Source: an uncultured Candidatus Saccharibacteria bacterium
GTDB taxonomy: Bacteria; Patescibacteriota; CALEFQ01; G965231055
Reading direction: 5' to 3'
Assembly: GCA_965231055.1 (NCBI GenBank)
Contig: OZ246411.1
Span: forward strand, 537,875-601,874
Length of the DNA: 64,000 nt
Positions 1 through 9,084 of this stretch are shown here, one piece after another. A program made the translations under genes and the position numbers. Under the pieces are notes generated by a model. It was not told the origin of the DNA. It was given only the letters and a program-made list of their open reading frames with translations, and searched no databases. Position 1 is the stretch's first letter. Every line of letters begins with the position of its first letter.

Positions 1-1581
1 TTTGTAATACAAGCTGAGGGCGCAGTGAGACCTAGGCCAAAGGAAATGATAAATTCAAATATACCTACTGGCGAAATAGAAATTTTGGTTTCAAAACTAG
101 CTATTCTAACCAAATCAAAAACCCCACCTTTTGAAATAGACGACAGAGTTGCCAAAAATGTTCACGAGGAAAAAAGACTCAAATATAGATATCTGGATCT
201 TCGCAGAAACAAATATCAGAAAATCATGAAGCGCAAGGATGAGCTTTTCATGTTTGTTAGAAATTATCTACAAAAGAGAGATTTTGTAGAAGTGCAAACT
301 CCTATTTTAGCAAACCCATCTCCGGAGGGAGCTCGTGACTACTTAGTTCCTTCGAGAATGTACAAGGGTAAGTTTTTTGCACTTCCTCAAGCTCCACAGC
401 AATTCAAACAGCTTTTGATGGTTGCGGGACTTGATCGCTATTTTCAAATAGCTCCATGTTTTAGAGATGAAGATCCGCGCTCTGATAGACACCCAGGAAG
501 TTTTTATCAGATAGATATAGAAATGAGTTTTGTGAATCAAGAAGATGTGTGGGAATTGGTTGAGGGAATGATGATTGAAATAACTAAAAAGTTTAGTGAT
601 AAAAAAACTATATCAGATCCATTTCCTAGGATGACTTGGAAAGAAGTGATGGATAAATATGGTAGCGACAAGCCAGACCTGAGATATGATTTGGGTTTTG
701 TTGATGTTACGAACAATTTCAAAAATTCTAAATTTGAAATTTTTGCAAAAGAGATTGTAAAAGGTGGAGTGGTCAAAGCCTTGAGAGTCCCAGGTGGCGC
801 AAAATTTAGCAGAAAAGAGATAGATAATTTTACCGAGATTGCAAGGGAAAATGGACTTGGGGGACTAGGCTATATTACATATAAAGACGAAGTAAAATCT
901 CCTCTCACTAAATACTTATCAGAGCAAGAGCTTTCTGAATTACAAAAAACAACTAAAGCTACAAATGGAGATATTGTATTTTTTGCATGCAAAGACTGGG
1001 AAGCTTCGTGCAAGGCTCTTGGAGCTGTCAGAAAAGCTATTGGAGAGTCTCTAAAACTCGCGGATCCCAAAAAAGCTGCATGGCTTTGGGTTGTGGACTT
1101 TCCTATGTACCAGTATGATGCCGAACTCACCAAGAGAATAGATTTTAGTCACAATCCTTTTAGTATGCCACAAGGTGGCATGAAAGCACTTCAAACAAAA
1201 GATCCTTTGGATATCGTTGCATATCAGTACGATTTGGTTCTAAACGGATTTGAGATAAGCAGTGGTGCGATAAGAAACCATGAAACAGAAACCATGTACA
1301 AGGCATTTGAAATAGCTGGATATACAAAAGCCGATGTAGATAAAAAATTTGGCCATATGGCAGAGGCTTTTCAGTATGGCACACCTCCTCATGGAGGAAT
1401 AGCTCCGGGAGTTGATAGACTCTTGATGGTTTTGTGGGATTTGGAAAGTATTAGAGATGTTTATGCATTTCCTCTTGATGGTACCGGAAAAGATGTGATG
1501 ACGGGAGCACCTCTTCCTGTTGATGAAAAACAATTAAAAGAGCTTGGAATAAAAACAGAAAAAAATAATGAAACTAAATAG
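1..1581 (+). CDS. aspS: aspartyl-tRNA synthetase, catalytic domain (5' end lies outside window)
   Basis: Class II aaRS motifs (LKYRYLDLRR, FYQIDIEMSF, GGIAPGVDRL). The reading frame is open back to position 1. The N-terminal OB-fold domain is mostly absent from the window. Confidence 0.9.
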   Translation, partial: FVIQAEGAVRPRPKEMINSNIPTGEIEILVSKLAILTKSKTPPFEIDDRVAKNVHEEKRLKYRYLDLRRNKYQKIMKRKDELFMFVRNYLQKRDFVEVQTPILANPSPEGARDYLVPSRMYKGKFFALPQAPQQFKQLLMVAGLDRYFQIAPCFRDEDPRSDRHPGSFYQIDIEMSFVNQEDVWELVEGMMIEITKKFSDKKTISDPFPRMTWKEVMDKYGSDKPDLRYDLGFVDVTNNFKNSKFEIFAKEIVKGGVVKALRVPGGAKFSRKEIDNFTEIARENGLGGLGYITYKDEVKSPLTKYLSEQELSELQKTTKATNGDIVFFACKDWEASCKALGAVRKAIGESLKLADPKKAAWLWVVDFPMYQYDAELTKRIDFSHNPFSMPQGGMKALQTKDPLDIVAYQYDLVLNGFEISSGAIRNHETETMYKAFEIAGYTKADVDKKFGHMAEAFQYGTPPHGGIAPGVDRLLMVLWDLESIRDVYAFPLDGTGKDVMTGAPLPVDEKQLKELGIKTEKNNETK

Positions 1582-2413
1582 TCTCAAGTCTGTCAAAGAA
1601 GGACCGACCCAAGTTATAAAATTTGTTTGGACACTCGATAGCGGTGAAGTTCTAGAGACAGTAGCTCGCATAAAAAGCAGAAGCGCGGAGTTTTTTGTTT
1701 CATGTCAAATAGGATGCGGGGGAGGATGCAAATTTTGTGAATGCTCTAGAGAGTGGCTCGTAAGAAACCTAGAGGCCAGTGAAATTTTGGATCAAGTTCA
1801 GTCAATGATGACTCAGATCCAAAAATCCAAATTTGAAATAAGAGATCTCGTAGTTTCTTTTAGTGGCACAGGAGAATATACAGAAAATGATGCCAATGTG
1901 ATAAAGGCAATGAGGATGCTTATTTCCAAATATCCTAGAGTATTTTTTGTTGTCACTTCAAATGGATCAAATTACAGAGCGTTTGATTCACTAAAAAAAC
2001 TTCCTGTTTTGCTTGCTATCTCTTTGCACGCTCCAAGTGATAGGATAAGGGGCAAAATAATTCAAAATAACACACCTATTAAAAATATTATTTTAGGTGC
2101 AAAAGATTTTTTCAATTCCACGGGACGCAAAGTTGTTGCTAGATATATCCCAATATCAAAAATAAATGACAGAATGTGGCATATAAGAAAGTTTTGCAAA
2201 ATTCTTGATCCCAAGATTTTTACAATAGAGCTTTCGGTGCTACACAAAGTTGATGGCATAAACGATTCTTTTGTAGTATCTCCAAAGATAACAGAAATCG
2301 CTTCTTATATCAGAAAAAAGGGATTTGAACTTAGTATGCGTGAAGCTACGGGGGAGCAAATAAAAGCAGAATGTGGTCAGCTCGCTAGCTATGTTGATTC
2401 TCAAAAACAATAG
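1568..2413 (+). CDS. radical SAM RlmN/Cfr-like rRNA/tRNA adenine C2-methyltransferase (short N-terminus)
   Basis: CxxxCxxC radical SAM motif (CGGGCKFC) preceded by KFVWTLDSGEVLETV, matching the RlmN core. C-terminal AECGQLAS matches the RlmN C-terminal cysteine motif. Overlaps the aspS stop by 14 nt. Confidence 0.6.
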   Translation: MKLNSLKSVKEGPTQVIKFVWTLDSGEVLETVARIKSRSAEFFVSCQIGCGGGCKFCECSREWLVRNLEASEILDQVQSMMTQIQKSKFEIRDLVVSFSGTGEYTENDANVIKAMRMLISKYPRVFFVVTSNGSNYRAFDSLKKLPVLLAISLHAPSDRIRGKIIQNNTPIKNIILGAKDFFNSTGRKVVARYIPISKINDRMWHIRKFCKILDPKIFTIELSVLHKVDGINDSFVVSPKITEIASYIRKKGFELSMREATGEQIKAECGQLASYVDSQKQ

Positions 2414-2440
2414 AATATTCAAAAAAAGTAATACAAAACT

Positions 2441-2941
2441 ATGCTTAAAAAATTAGAAAAATTTTTATCAGAGGGTGGTGCCAAGTACGAAATTGCGGAA
2501 CACAGGAAAGTTTTTACAGCTCATGACGCTGCCGCCACGCAAAAAATAGATGAAAAAGTCGTAGCAAAGGCTTTGCTTGTAAAAATGGATAAAGAATTTG
2601 CATTCGCTGTTTTGTCTGCAAAGAAAAAGCTAGACTTCAATAAACTCAAAAAACTTGCGAATTTAGAAATAAAAAAAGTACAAAAGCTTGATCCAAAAAT
2701 CAAAACAGTAAAAAAAGTTTCCATCGCCAAAGAGGCTGATATAAAGAAATACATAACCAAAAAATTGGGTGAGATAGCTGCATTCGGAAGTCTTTATAAA
2801 ATCAAAACATATCTAGATAAGTCGCTTAGCACTCAGAAAAAAATCCAGCTCAATGCAGGAAGTCTTACGGAGTCATTAATAATGAGTGCGAGCCAATACA
2901 TAAAGATAGAAAAACCAGTAATCGGAAATATAGGAAAATAA
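2441..2941 (+). CDS. YbaK/ProX-like aminoacyl-tRNA trans-editing deacylase
   Basis: About 166 aa. N-terminal LEKFLSEGGAKYEIAEH...HDAAAT pattern typical of the YbaK/prolyl-tRNA editing domain. Confidence 0.55.
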   Translation: MLKKLEKFLSEGGAKYEIAEHRKVFTAHDAAATQKIDEKVVAKALLVKMDKEFAFAVLSAKKKLDFNKLKKLANLEIKKVQKLDPKIKTVKKVSIAKEADIKKYITKKLGEIAAFGSLYKIKTYLDKSLSTQKKIQLNAGSLTESLIMSASQYIKIEKPVIGNIGK

Positions 2942-2946
2942 ATTAG

Positions 2947-3675
2947 ATGTACCAAATAAAAACACAACAATTTGAAGGGCCCCTTGATTTGCTTCTTGAG
3001 CTTATAGAAAAGGATGATTTGGATATCACTAAAATGAGTTTGGCAAAAGTTACTGACGAATATATCGCCAAACTAAAGGATATCGAAAACGGAATCACGA
3101 TGGCTGAAATGTCAGAATTTTTGGAGGTAGCTGCGAGACTTATATTAATCAAATCAAAGGCGCTGATTCCGAGCTTTGCACTTACTGAAGAAGAAAGTTT
3201 ATCCGCCGAGGAATTGGAGCTAAGACTTAGAGAGTATAAAAGATTTAAAGAGGCGGGAGAAATTTTTAGGCGAAAATTTTCTAAGAAACTTTTTTCTTTT
3301 GATAAGCTTGCTGATTTTTCCGAGGAAATAGTTTTTAGTCCGCCCCCTGATATTGGTGCAAATGAATTGAAGTCAGTTTTCGAAGATATTATTGGACATA
3401 TTTCAACGGAAGAAATACTTGAAGAAGAGGTTGTTATAGAAAAAGTTTCGATAGAAGAAAAAATAGATCACATTTTAAACAACATAGAGCAGAGGATGAC
3501 GACTTGCTTCAAAGAGCTTCACAAAAATGGTTCAAGGGTGGAAGTTGTTGTTACATTTTTAGCTTTACTTGAACTTTTAAAACAGAAACATATACAAGCG
3601 AGTCAAGATGATATATTTGGAGAAATTAAAATAGAAAAAAACAATCAAACTAATTCAGAAAATAACATACAATAA
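2947..3675 (+). CDS. scpA: segregation and condensation protein A
   Basis: FEGPLDLLLELIEKDDLDI signature at the N-terminus. The adjacent gene is scpB. Confidence 0.8.
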   Translation: MYQIKTQQFEGPLDLLLELIEKDDLDITKMSLAKVTDEYIAKLKDIENGITMAEMSEFLEVAARLILIKSKALIPSFALTEEESLSAEELELRLREYKRFKEAGEIFRRKFSKKLFSFDKLADFSEEIVFSPPPDIGANELKSVFEDIIGHISTEEILEEEVVIEKVSIEEKIDHILNNIEQRMTTCFKELHKNGSRVEVVVTFLALLELLKQKHIQASQDDIFGEIKIEKNNQTNSENNIQ

Positions 3676-4280
3676 TGCCTTCACTAAACCAAAAAATAGA
3701 ATCACTGATTTTTGTAGCAGGAAGACCTGTTAATATTTCAAAACTTGCTTCTTTGTGCAAAATTGATCGCGCAGAAATACTGAAAGAAATAGAAATCTTG
3801 TCTCAAAAATACAAAAAAGATAGTGGTTTGACTTTGATATTTGATGACAATGAAGTTCAGATAGCTACCAACCCAGAGTGCGCGCCAGTTGTGGGGGAGC
3901 TACTGAAAGAAGAAAGAGAGGGTAAATTAAGTAGGGCGGCCATTGAGACATTGGCGATTATTGCTTATAGACAGCCCATAACCAGGCCAGAGATAGATAT
4001 CATTAGAGGTGTAAATAGTTCTATTATGCTTAGGGTTTTATTGTTGAGGGGGCTCGTTGAGCGTAGAAAAAGTGGGCAGGACCAGAGAATGTTTGAGTAT
4101 GTTGTGAGTTTTGATTTCATGAAAATGTTAGGCGTATCAAACAAAAAAGAACTTCCAAATTTTGAGGAATTAAACAAATCACTTGTTGATAAGGGTTTTG
4201 ATAAAGCTCAGCAACAAGCATTGGAAGTTTCAACTGGTTACATCGCAGAAGAGAAAAAAGAAGAAAACAATAATATCTAA
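3675..4280 (+). CDS. scpB: segregation and condensation protein B
   Basis: IESLIFVAGRPV...IAYRQPITRPEIDIIRGV winged-helix ScpB motifs. Start ATG overlaps the scpA stop. Confidence 0.8.
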   Translation: MPSLNQKIESLIFVAGRPVNISKLASLCKIDRAEILKEIEILSQKYKKDSGLTLIFDDNEVQIATNPECAPVVGELLKEEREGKLSRAAIETLAIIAYRQPITRPEIDIIRGVNSSIMLRVLLLRGLVERRKSGQDQRMFEYVVSFDFMKMLGVSNKKELPNFEELNKSLVDKGFDKAQQQALEVSTGYIAEEKKEENNNI

Positions 4281-4282
4281 TT

Positions 4283-5227
4283 TTGATAGCAAAAATCATA
4301 ACAATTATTCTGATTTTGATGGGACAGGTAAATTTCTTGGGAGGTGCTAGGGATTACCTTGCTTCGGTTTTTTCGGATCATATACCTCAAGAAAATATAT
4401 TGGTCGCATCGGATGCAGTTAGACGTGAAGCGATAGCTCCGCCTGATTTTTCTGTTATGCCTTATTCAGATACTGAGCTTGATGATATAAAGTTATCAGC
4501 CAAGTCAGCTTATGTTGTGGATTTGGATACAAAGAAGGTTTTATTTGCAAAATCTCAAGACGAAGAGCGTGCTATCGCTAGTTTAGTTAAACTCATGACA
4601 GCGCATCTTGCTATCAAAAGTGGTTCGCTCAATGATCAAGTGCGAGCGAGTAGCTCCGCTTCCGCGCAAGAGCCTTCAAATATTGATTTGCTTTCAGGCG
4701 AAGTTTTCTTGGCTAGAGATCTTTTGGATGCTTTGCTTATTAAATCTGCAAATGACGCTGCGTATGCACTGGGTGAGCATCTTGGAAAGGGATCAGTCGA
4801 ATCATTTGTCCGCACTATGAATGAGGAAGTGGATTTTCTTGGCCTAAAAAATACTTTTTATGTAAATCCAAATGGGCTAGACACGGCTTCTCAAAAATCA
4901 ACAGCTAGGGATGTGGCTACGCTCATTAGCTACTTAGATAGAGATAGTTTATTTAGAGAAATTACTACAACAAAAGAAAAAAGTATTGCGAGTAGTAGTG
5001 GTAGTAGAACTGTAAATTTCAAGAACTCAAACAAGCTTCTTGAAGAAAGTAGCTTTAAAATTGTTTCTGGAAAGACTGGATATACTGATTTGGCTGGAGA
5101 ATGCTTGGCAGTGGTAGCTGAAATAAAGCCCAATAGAAATGTGGTGGCCGTTATCTTGGGTAGCAATAATAGATTTGCTGAAATGCAAAGACTTTTGGAG
5201 TATATAAAAAGTAATTATACGTTTTAA
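4283..5227 (+). CDS. D-alanyl-D-alanine carboxypeptidase (S11 family, PBP5/6-like)
   Basis: SxxK (SLVK), SxN (SAND) and KTG (KTGYT) serine peptidase motifs. N-terminal hydrophobic signal. Confidence 0.75.
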   Translation: MIAKIITIILILMGQVNFLGGARDYLASVFSDHIPQENILVASDAVRREAIAPPDFSVMPYSDTELDDIKLSAKSAYVVDLDTKKVLFAKSQDEERAIASLVKLMTAHLAIKSGSLNDQVRASSSASAQEPSNIDLLSGEVFLARDLLDALLIKSANDAAYALGEHLGKGSVESFVRTMNEEVDFLGLKNTFYVNPNGLDTASQKSTARDVATLISYLDRDSLFREITTTKEKSIASSSGSRTVNFKNSNKLLEESSFKIVSGKTGYTDLAGECLAVVAEIKPNRNVVAVILGSNNRFAEMQRLLEYIKSNYTF

Positions 5228-5288
5228 TTTTTACGGATTTTTGCTGTGTGATTCGAGCCCTGTAACTTGTATAGCAATATAGCTTTTT

Positions 5289-5298
5289 GTGGTATAAT
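5289..5298 (+). promoter_or_regulatory. extended -10 element TGGTATAAT placed 7 nt before the mraY ATG (possible leaderless start)
   Basis: TGnTATAAT at 5290-5298. ATG at 5306. No SD. Confidence 0.4.
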
Positions 5299-5305
5299 AA
5301 AACAT

Positions 5306-6397
5306 ATGTCAATTGCATTCCAACAACCAGAATTAACCTATGATCTCATCAAGGTTTTTATACTAACCTTCATAGCTTTTATTGTGGCTTTTGGGTTTAC
5401 TCCAATAATGACACACTTTCTTTACAAATATAAATTTTGGAGGACCAAGGCCAGAGATACAGCGCCTGACGGAAGCAAGACTCCTATTTTCAATAAATTG
5501 CACAAGAAAAAAGAAGTGGGCACTCCTAGGTCCGGTGGTCTCTTGATTTGGATTACAGTATTGGTTCTTTCTGTTTTTTTCTGGATTTTGTCTGTTTTCG
5601 TGCCTGGATTTTGGCCAGAAAAACTAAATTTTATAAGCAGGGATCAGACTTGGATTCTGCTTTTTGCTTTGGTCACCACTGCTATCCTTGGATTTGTTGA
5701 CGATTTCATGGTTGTAAAAAACAAAGGCGCTAATAGGGGTGGAGGAATCTCATTCAAAGTTAGATTAGTTATCGTGGCTCTAATAGGGGCTGCCGGGGCG
5801 TATTGGTTTTATTATAAGTTGGGTTGGGATTCTATTCATATACCAGCTATAGGAGATTTTATAATAGGATGGTGGTACATACCTTTGTTTATTTTTACTG
5901 TTATAGCTTCTGTTTTTTCGGTCAACGAATCTGACGGTCTTGATGGTCTCTCTGCGGGTTTGGTTGCATTGTCTTTTTCCGCTTTTGCAGGAATCGCTAT
6001 TTTTAGAGGGCAGATAAATATAGCAGCATTTTGTGGCGTGATAGTCGGTGCTACGTTAGCCTATCTTTGGTTCAATATTCCTCCAGCGAGGTTTTATATG
6101 GGGGACACTGGTTCTCTCGCTCTTGGAGCTACTCTGGCTGTAGTTGCGTTTCTTACTAATTCTTTTGTGGTTCTACCAATTATCGGAATAGTATTTCTTA
6201 TCGAAGCGATTTCTGTTGTGTTACAGCTTGGATCAAAAAGATTTAGAGGCAAAAAAATATTTTTAGTTGCGCCTATTCATCATCACTTTGAAGCCAAGGG
6301 TTGGCCAGCTCACAAAGTTACTATGAGATTCTGGGTTATTGGAGCTATTGCGGCTGTTATTGGGTTGGTTATAGGTATAATAGGTAGTGGAAAATAA
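5306..6397 (+). CDS. mraY: phospho-N-acetylmuramoyl-pentapeptide transferase
   Basis: DDFMVVKNKG, NESDGLDGLSAGL, MGDTGSLALGA and APIHHHFE motifs with multiple TM segments. The ORF track starts at 5267, but that lies upstream of the TATAAT box, so the ATG at 5306 is preferred. Confidence 0.88.
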   Translation: MSIAFQQPELTYDLIKVFILTFIAFIVAFGFTPIMTHFLYKYKFWRTKARDTAPDGSKTPIFNKLHKKKEVGTPRSGGLLIWITVLVLSVFFWILSVFVPGFWPEKLNFISRDQTWILLFALVTTAILGFVDDFMVVKNKGANRGGGISFKVRLVIVALIGAAGAYWFYYKLGWDSIHIPAIGDFIIGWWYIPLFIFTVIASVFSVNESDGLDGLSAGLVALSFSAFAGIAIFRGQINIAAFCGVIVGATLAYLWFNIPPARFYMGDTGSLALGATLAVVAFLTNSFVVLPIIGIVFLIEAISVVLQLGSKRFRGKKIFLVAPIHHHFEAKGWPAHKVTMRFWVIGAIAAVIGLVIGIIGSGK

Positions 6398-7503
6398 TGT
6401 TTAAAATAAACAAAGAATTTCTAATCATACTAATTCTAATTGCTATAGCAGTAGCTTTTGGTTTATGGTTTTTTATTTTTAAGGATGGTGTTGCTTTTGG
6501 ACCCGAAAGTATTATGAATAAATCTTCAAAAGCCATGAGCGAGGTAAAATCTGTTAAATTTCAATATTCTCAGGAAGCCCTAGTGGCCGCAAATGCAGTT
6601 GAAGAGAGTGATAGAAAGCTTAATTGTAGCGGAATGATTAATTTTCCTTCCAATGCTATGATTGAGTGCAAGGACGTGGGTGCAGAGTCTAGTGATGAAA
6701 AGGTTATATACTATAACAATAAAATTTTTATACCTCTTTCTCTTTTGGGTGAATCAGATTCTGATGAGTGGGTGGAGGTCACACAGGAAGATGGATACAA
6801 GTCTCTCGAATTATTTTACGCTTCAAATATTCTAAGTTTTGTATCAAGCGGTGGAGGCGAAATTAGTTCATCTGAAACCTCAGAGTTTGAGGGAAATAAG
6901 GCACACAAGATTGTTTTTAAGATTCCTTTTTCAAATGCTAGGGGTGTGAATGATATTTTTGATACGCTTGTTTCAGACAAAGACGGTGGCGAAATTATAG
7001 GAGAAATCCTGATAGATGAATCGAACTTTCTTATTCATTCCATGAGACTTACTTCAAAATACGAAAATAAGGATATCATGGCGGTAAGCTATGTATTCTC
7101 AGATTTCGATTCTGACATAGAAATCACCAAGCCTGAAAATATTATTTCTGAACCATCTTTATCTGATCAAGCTAATACCAAGCAAGACGTGGGAAGTGTT
7201 GCGCTGAGAAATACGATAAGAAAAAGTGATGTGAGACAGCTTGCCTATATTTTGGAAAAATACTACGAATCTAAGGGCGAATATCCTGAGAGTAGGTCCT
7301 TGTCTAGAACCGATGACGTCAATGGAGATTTTTATAAATCTTTAGTTCCTGAGTTTGTAGGGAGTCTCCCCGTAGATCCACTGCCTGAAAAATATTATTA
7401 TAGTTATACTTGTTTGGGTGGAGAGCAATACACGATCAAGGGAGTTACAGAATCTGAAAATAGTGAAAAAGTAGATTATTATATTTATGAAGGCCCACAA
7501 TAA
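6397..7503 (+). CDS. hypothetical secreted/membrane-anchored protein with pilin-like (T2SS GspG-like) C-terminal region
   Basis: Single N-terminal TM segment. C-terminal RQLAYILEKYYESKGEYPES...LPVDPLPEKYYYSY resembles the pseudopilin globular domain. No prepilin cleavage motif. Confidence 0.4.
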   Translation: MFKINKEFLIILILIAIAVAFGLWFFIFKDGVAFGPESIMNKSSKAMSEVKSVKFQYSQEALVAANAVEESDRKLNCSGMINFPSNAMIECKDVGAESSDEKVIYYNNKIFIPLSLLGESDSDEWVEVTQEDGYKSLELFYASNILSFVSSGGGEISSSETSEFEGNKAHKIVFKIPFSNARGVNDIFDTLVSDKDGGEIIGEILIDESNFLIHSMRLTSKYENKDIMAVSYVFSDFDSDIEITKPENIISEPSLSDQANTKQDVGSVALRNTIRKSDVRQLAYILEKYYESKGEYPESRSLSRTDDVNGDFYKSLVPEFVGSLPVDPLPEKYYYSYTCLGGEQYTIKGVTESENSEKVDYYIYEGPQ

Positions 7504-7509
7504 AAAAAT

Positions 7510-9084
7510 ATGTCAAAAATCATTATCAAAAACGGTACAATAGTAGACGGAAAAAACAGTGAGCCATACTTGGCTGATGTCGTGATTGAAAAAGGAAAAA
7601 TTAAGGCCATAGGAAACTACAAAAACAAAAAAGCCGAAAAAATCATTGATGCTTCTGGCAAATATGTTTCTCCTGGTTTTATTGATGCGCACTGTCACTC
7701 GGATGGATACTGGACTTTGTTTAAAATCCCAGCTCAAGAAAGTGCGATAGCTCAGGGTGTAACTACTATTGTGTGTGGAAATGATGGTACCTCCATAGCT
7801 CCACTTCCTAGACCCGAGGCTATTGAGACTATTCGCAGATGGGTGCCAGTTGGAGATCTTGCCGTGAATTGGATGACTATTGAGGGGCTTTTGAAAGAAT
7901 TAGAAAAAACAAGATTAGGAGTAAATTTTGCAACTTTGGTTGGACATACAACTTTGCGCAGAGGATTGGTGGGGGACGAGCGAAGAGATCTTTCTAGGGA
8001 GGAACTGGCGGTGATGAAAAATATGACAAGTGAGGCCATGAAAGAAGGTGCGCTTGGTTTTTCTACTGGGCTTTCATATTCTCACGTAAATTTTGTAAAA
8101 AATGAAGAAATAGATCATCTAGTTTCTCTGACGTCATCTATGGGTGGAGTTTATTCTACGCATTTGCGAAGTGAGAGCGAGGGGCTGTATGAAGCCACTG
8201 AAGAAGCTATCAGAACTTCTCAAAAGGCAAATGCTAGTTTGCTCATAGCTCACCTTAAGGCAAAGGGCAAAATGCATTGGAGTATTTTTGATAGAACTCT
8301 TAAACTAATAGAAAATTCTTATCGAGACGGGGTTAATGTTAACTTCACCGTTTATCCATATTCTACAACTGGTTCGGTTTTGTATGCATATTTTCCAAAA
8401 TGGATTACCGACGGAGGTAGAGATAGTATGCTATTAAGATTGCGAGATCATGCATCGCGAAAAAAATTGGTTAAGGAGCTCGCAGAAGATCAGAATGATT
8501 ATGAAAATATGATTGTTTCAATTTGCCCGTTTAGCAAGTCGCTAGTAGGTAAAAGCATCGGTGATATGGCTAGGGAAAGTGGTTTTTCAGTTGAAGAAGC
8601 CACGATCCAACTTTTGCTTGCTGGAAATGGACATGTAATAGTTTTTGATCAAACTATTGATGAGGATAATATGAAACAAGCCGTGATACATCCATTGTCA
8701 ATAATTGCTTCTAGCGGTGCTTATTACAACAACAAGTGGATGAAAGAAAATGAAGAGTTGGTGCATCCACGATCATTTGGTACATTTCCTCGCTTCTTGA
8801 AGCAGTTTGTGGTTGATGAAGGTTTGCTTAGTTGGAGTGAGGCGATATATAAAATCACTGGAATGCCAGCGGAAAAAATGGGGATAGCTGGAAGAGGTGT
8901 TTTGGCAAAAGGTAATTTTGCCGATATTGTGGTTTTTGATCCAAAAAATATTGAAGACTTGGCTACATTTGAAAATCCTTATAAGTATCCGAAAGGAATT
9001 GAAGCGGTATTGGTGAATGGCGAAATAGCCATGAAGGAAGGGGTGATTGGAAAAGAGAGGTTGGGAATATCAGTATCAAAATAA
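7510..9084 (+). CDS. N-acyl-D-amino-acid deacylase family amidohydrolase
   Basis: SPGFIDAHCHSD metal-binding motif. Length and layout resemble D-aminoacylase (Amidohydro_3). Confidence 0.7.
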   Translation: MSKIIIKNGTIVDGKNSEPYLADVVIEKGKIKAIGNYKNKKAEKIIDASGKYVSPGFIDAHCHSDGYWTLFKIPAQESAIAQGVTTIVCGNDGTSIAPLPRPEAIETIRRWVPVGDLAVNWMTIEGLLKELEKTRLGVNFATLVGHTTLRRGLVGDERRDLSREELAVMKNMTSEAMKEGALGFSTGLSYSHVNFVKNEEIDHLVSLTSSMGGVYSTHLRSESEGLYEATEEAIRTSQKANASLLIAHLKAKGKMHWSIFDRTLKLIENSYRDGVNVNFTVYPYSTTGSVLYAYFPKWITDGGRDSMLLRLRDHASRKKLVKELAEDQNDYENMIVSICPFSKSLVGKSIGDMARESGFSVEEATIQLLLAGNGHVIVFDQTIDEDNMKQAVIHPLSIIASSGAYYNNKWMKENEELVHPRSFGTFPRFLKQFVVDEGLLSWSEAIYKITGMPAEKMGIAGRGVLAKGNFADIVVFDPKNIEDLATFENPYKYPKGIEAVLVNGEIAMKEGVIGKERLGISVSK

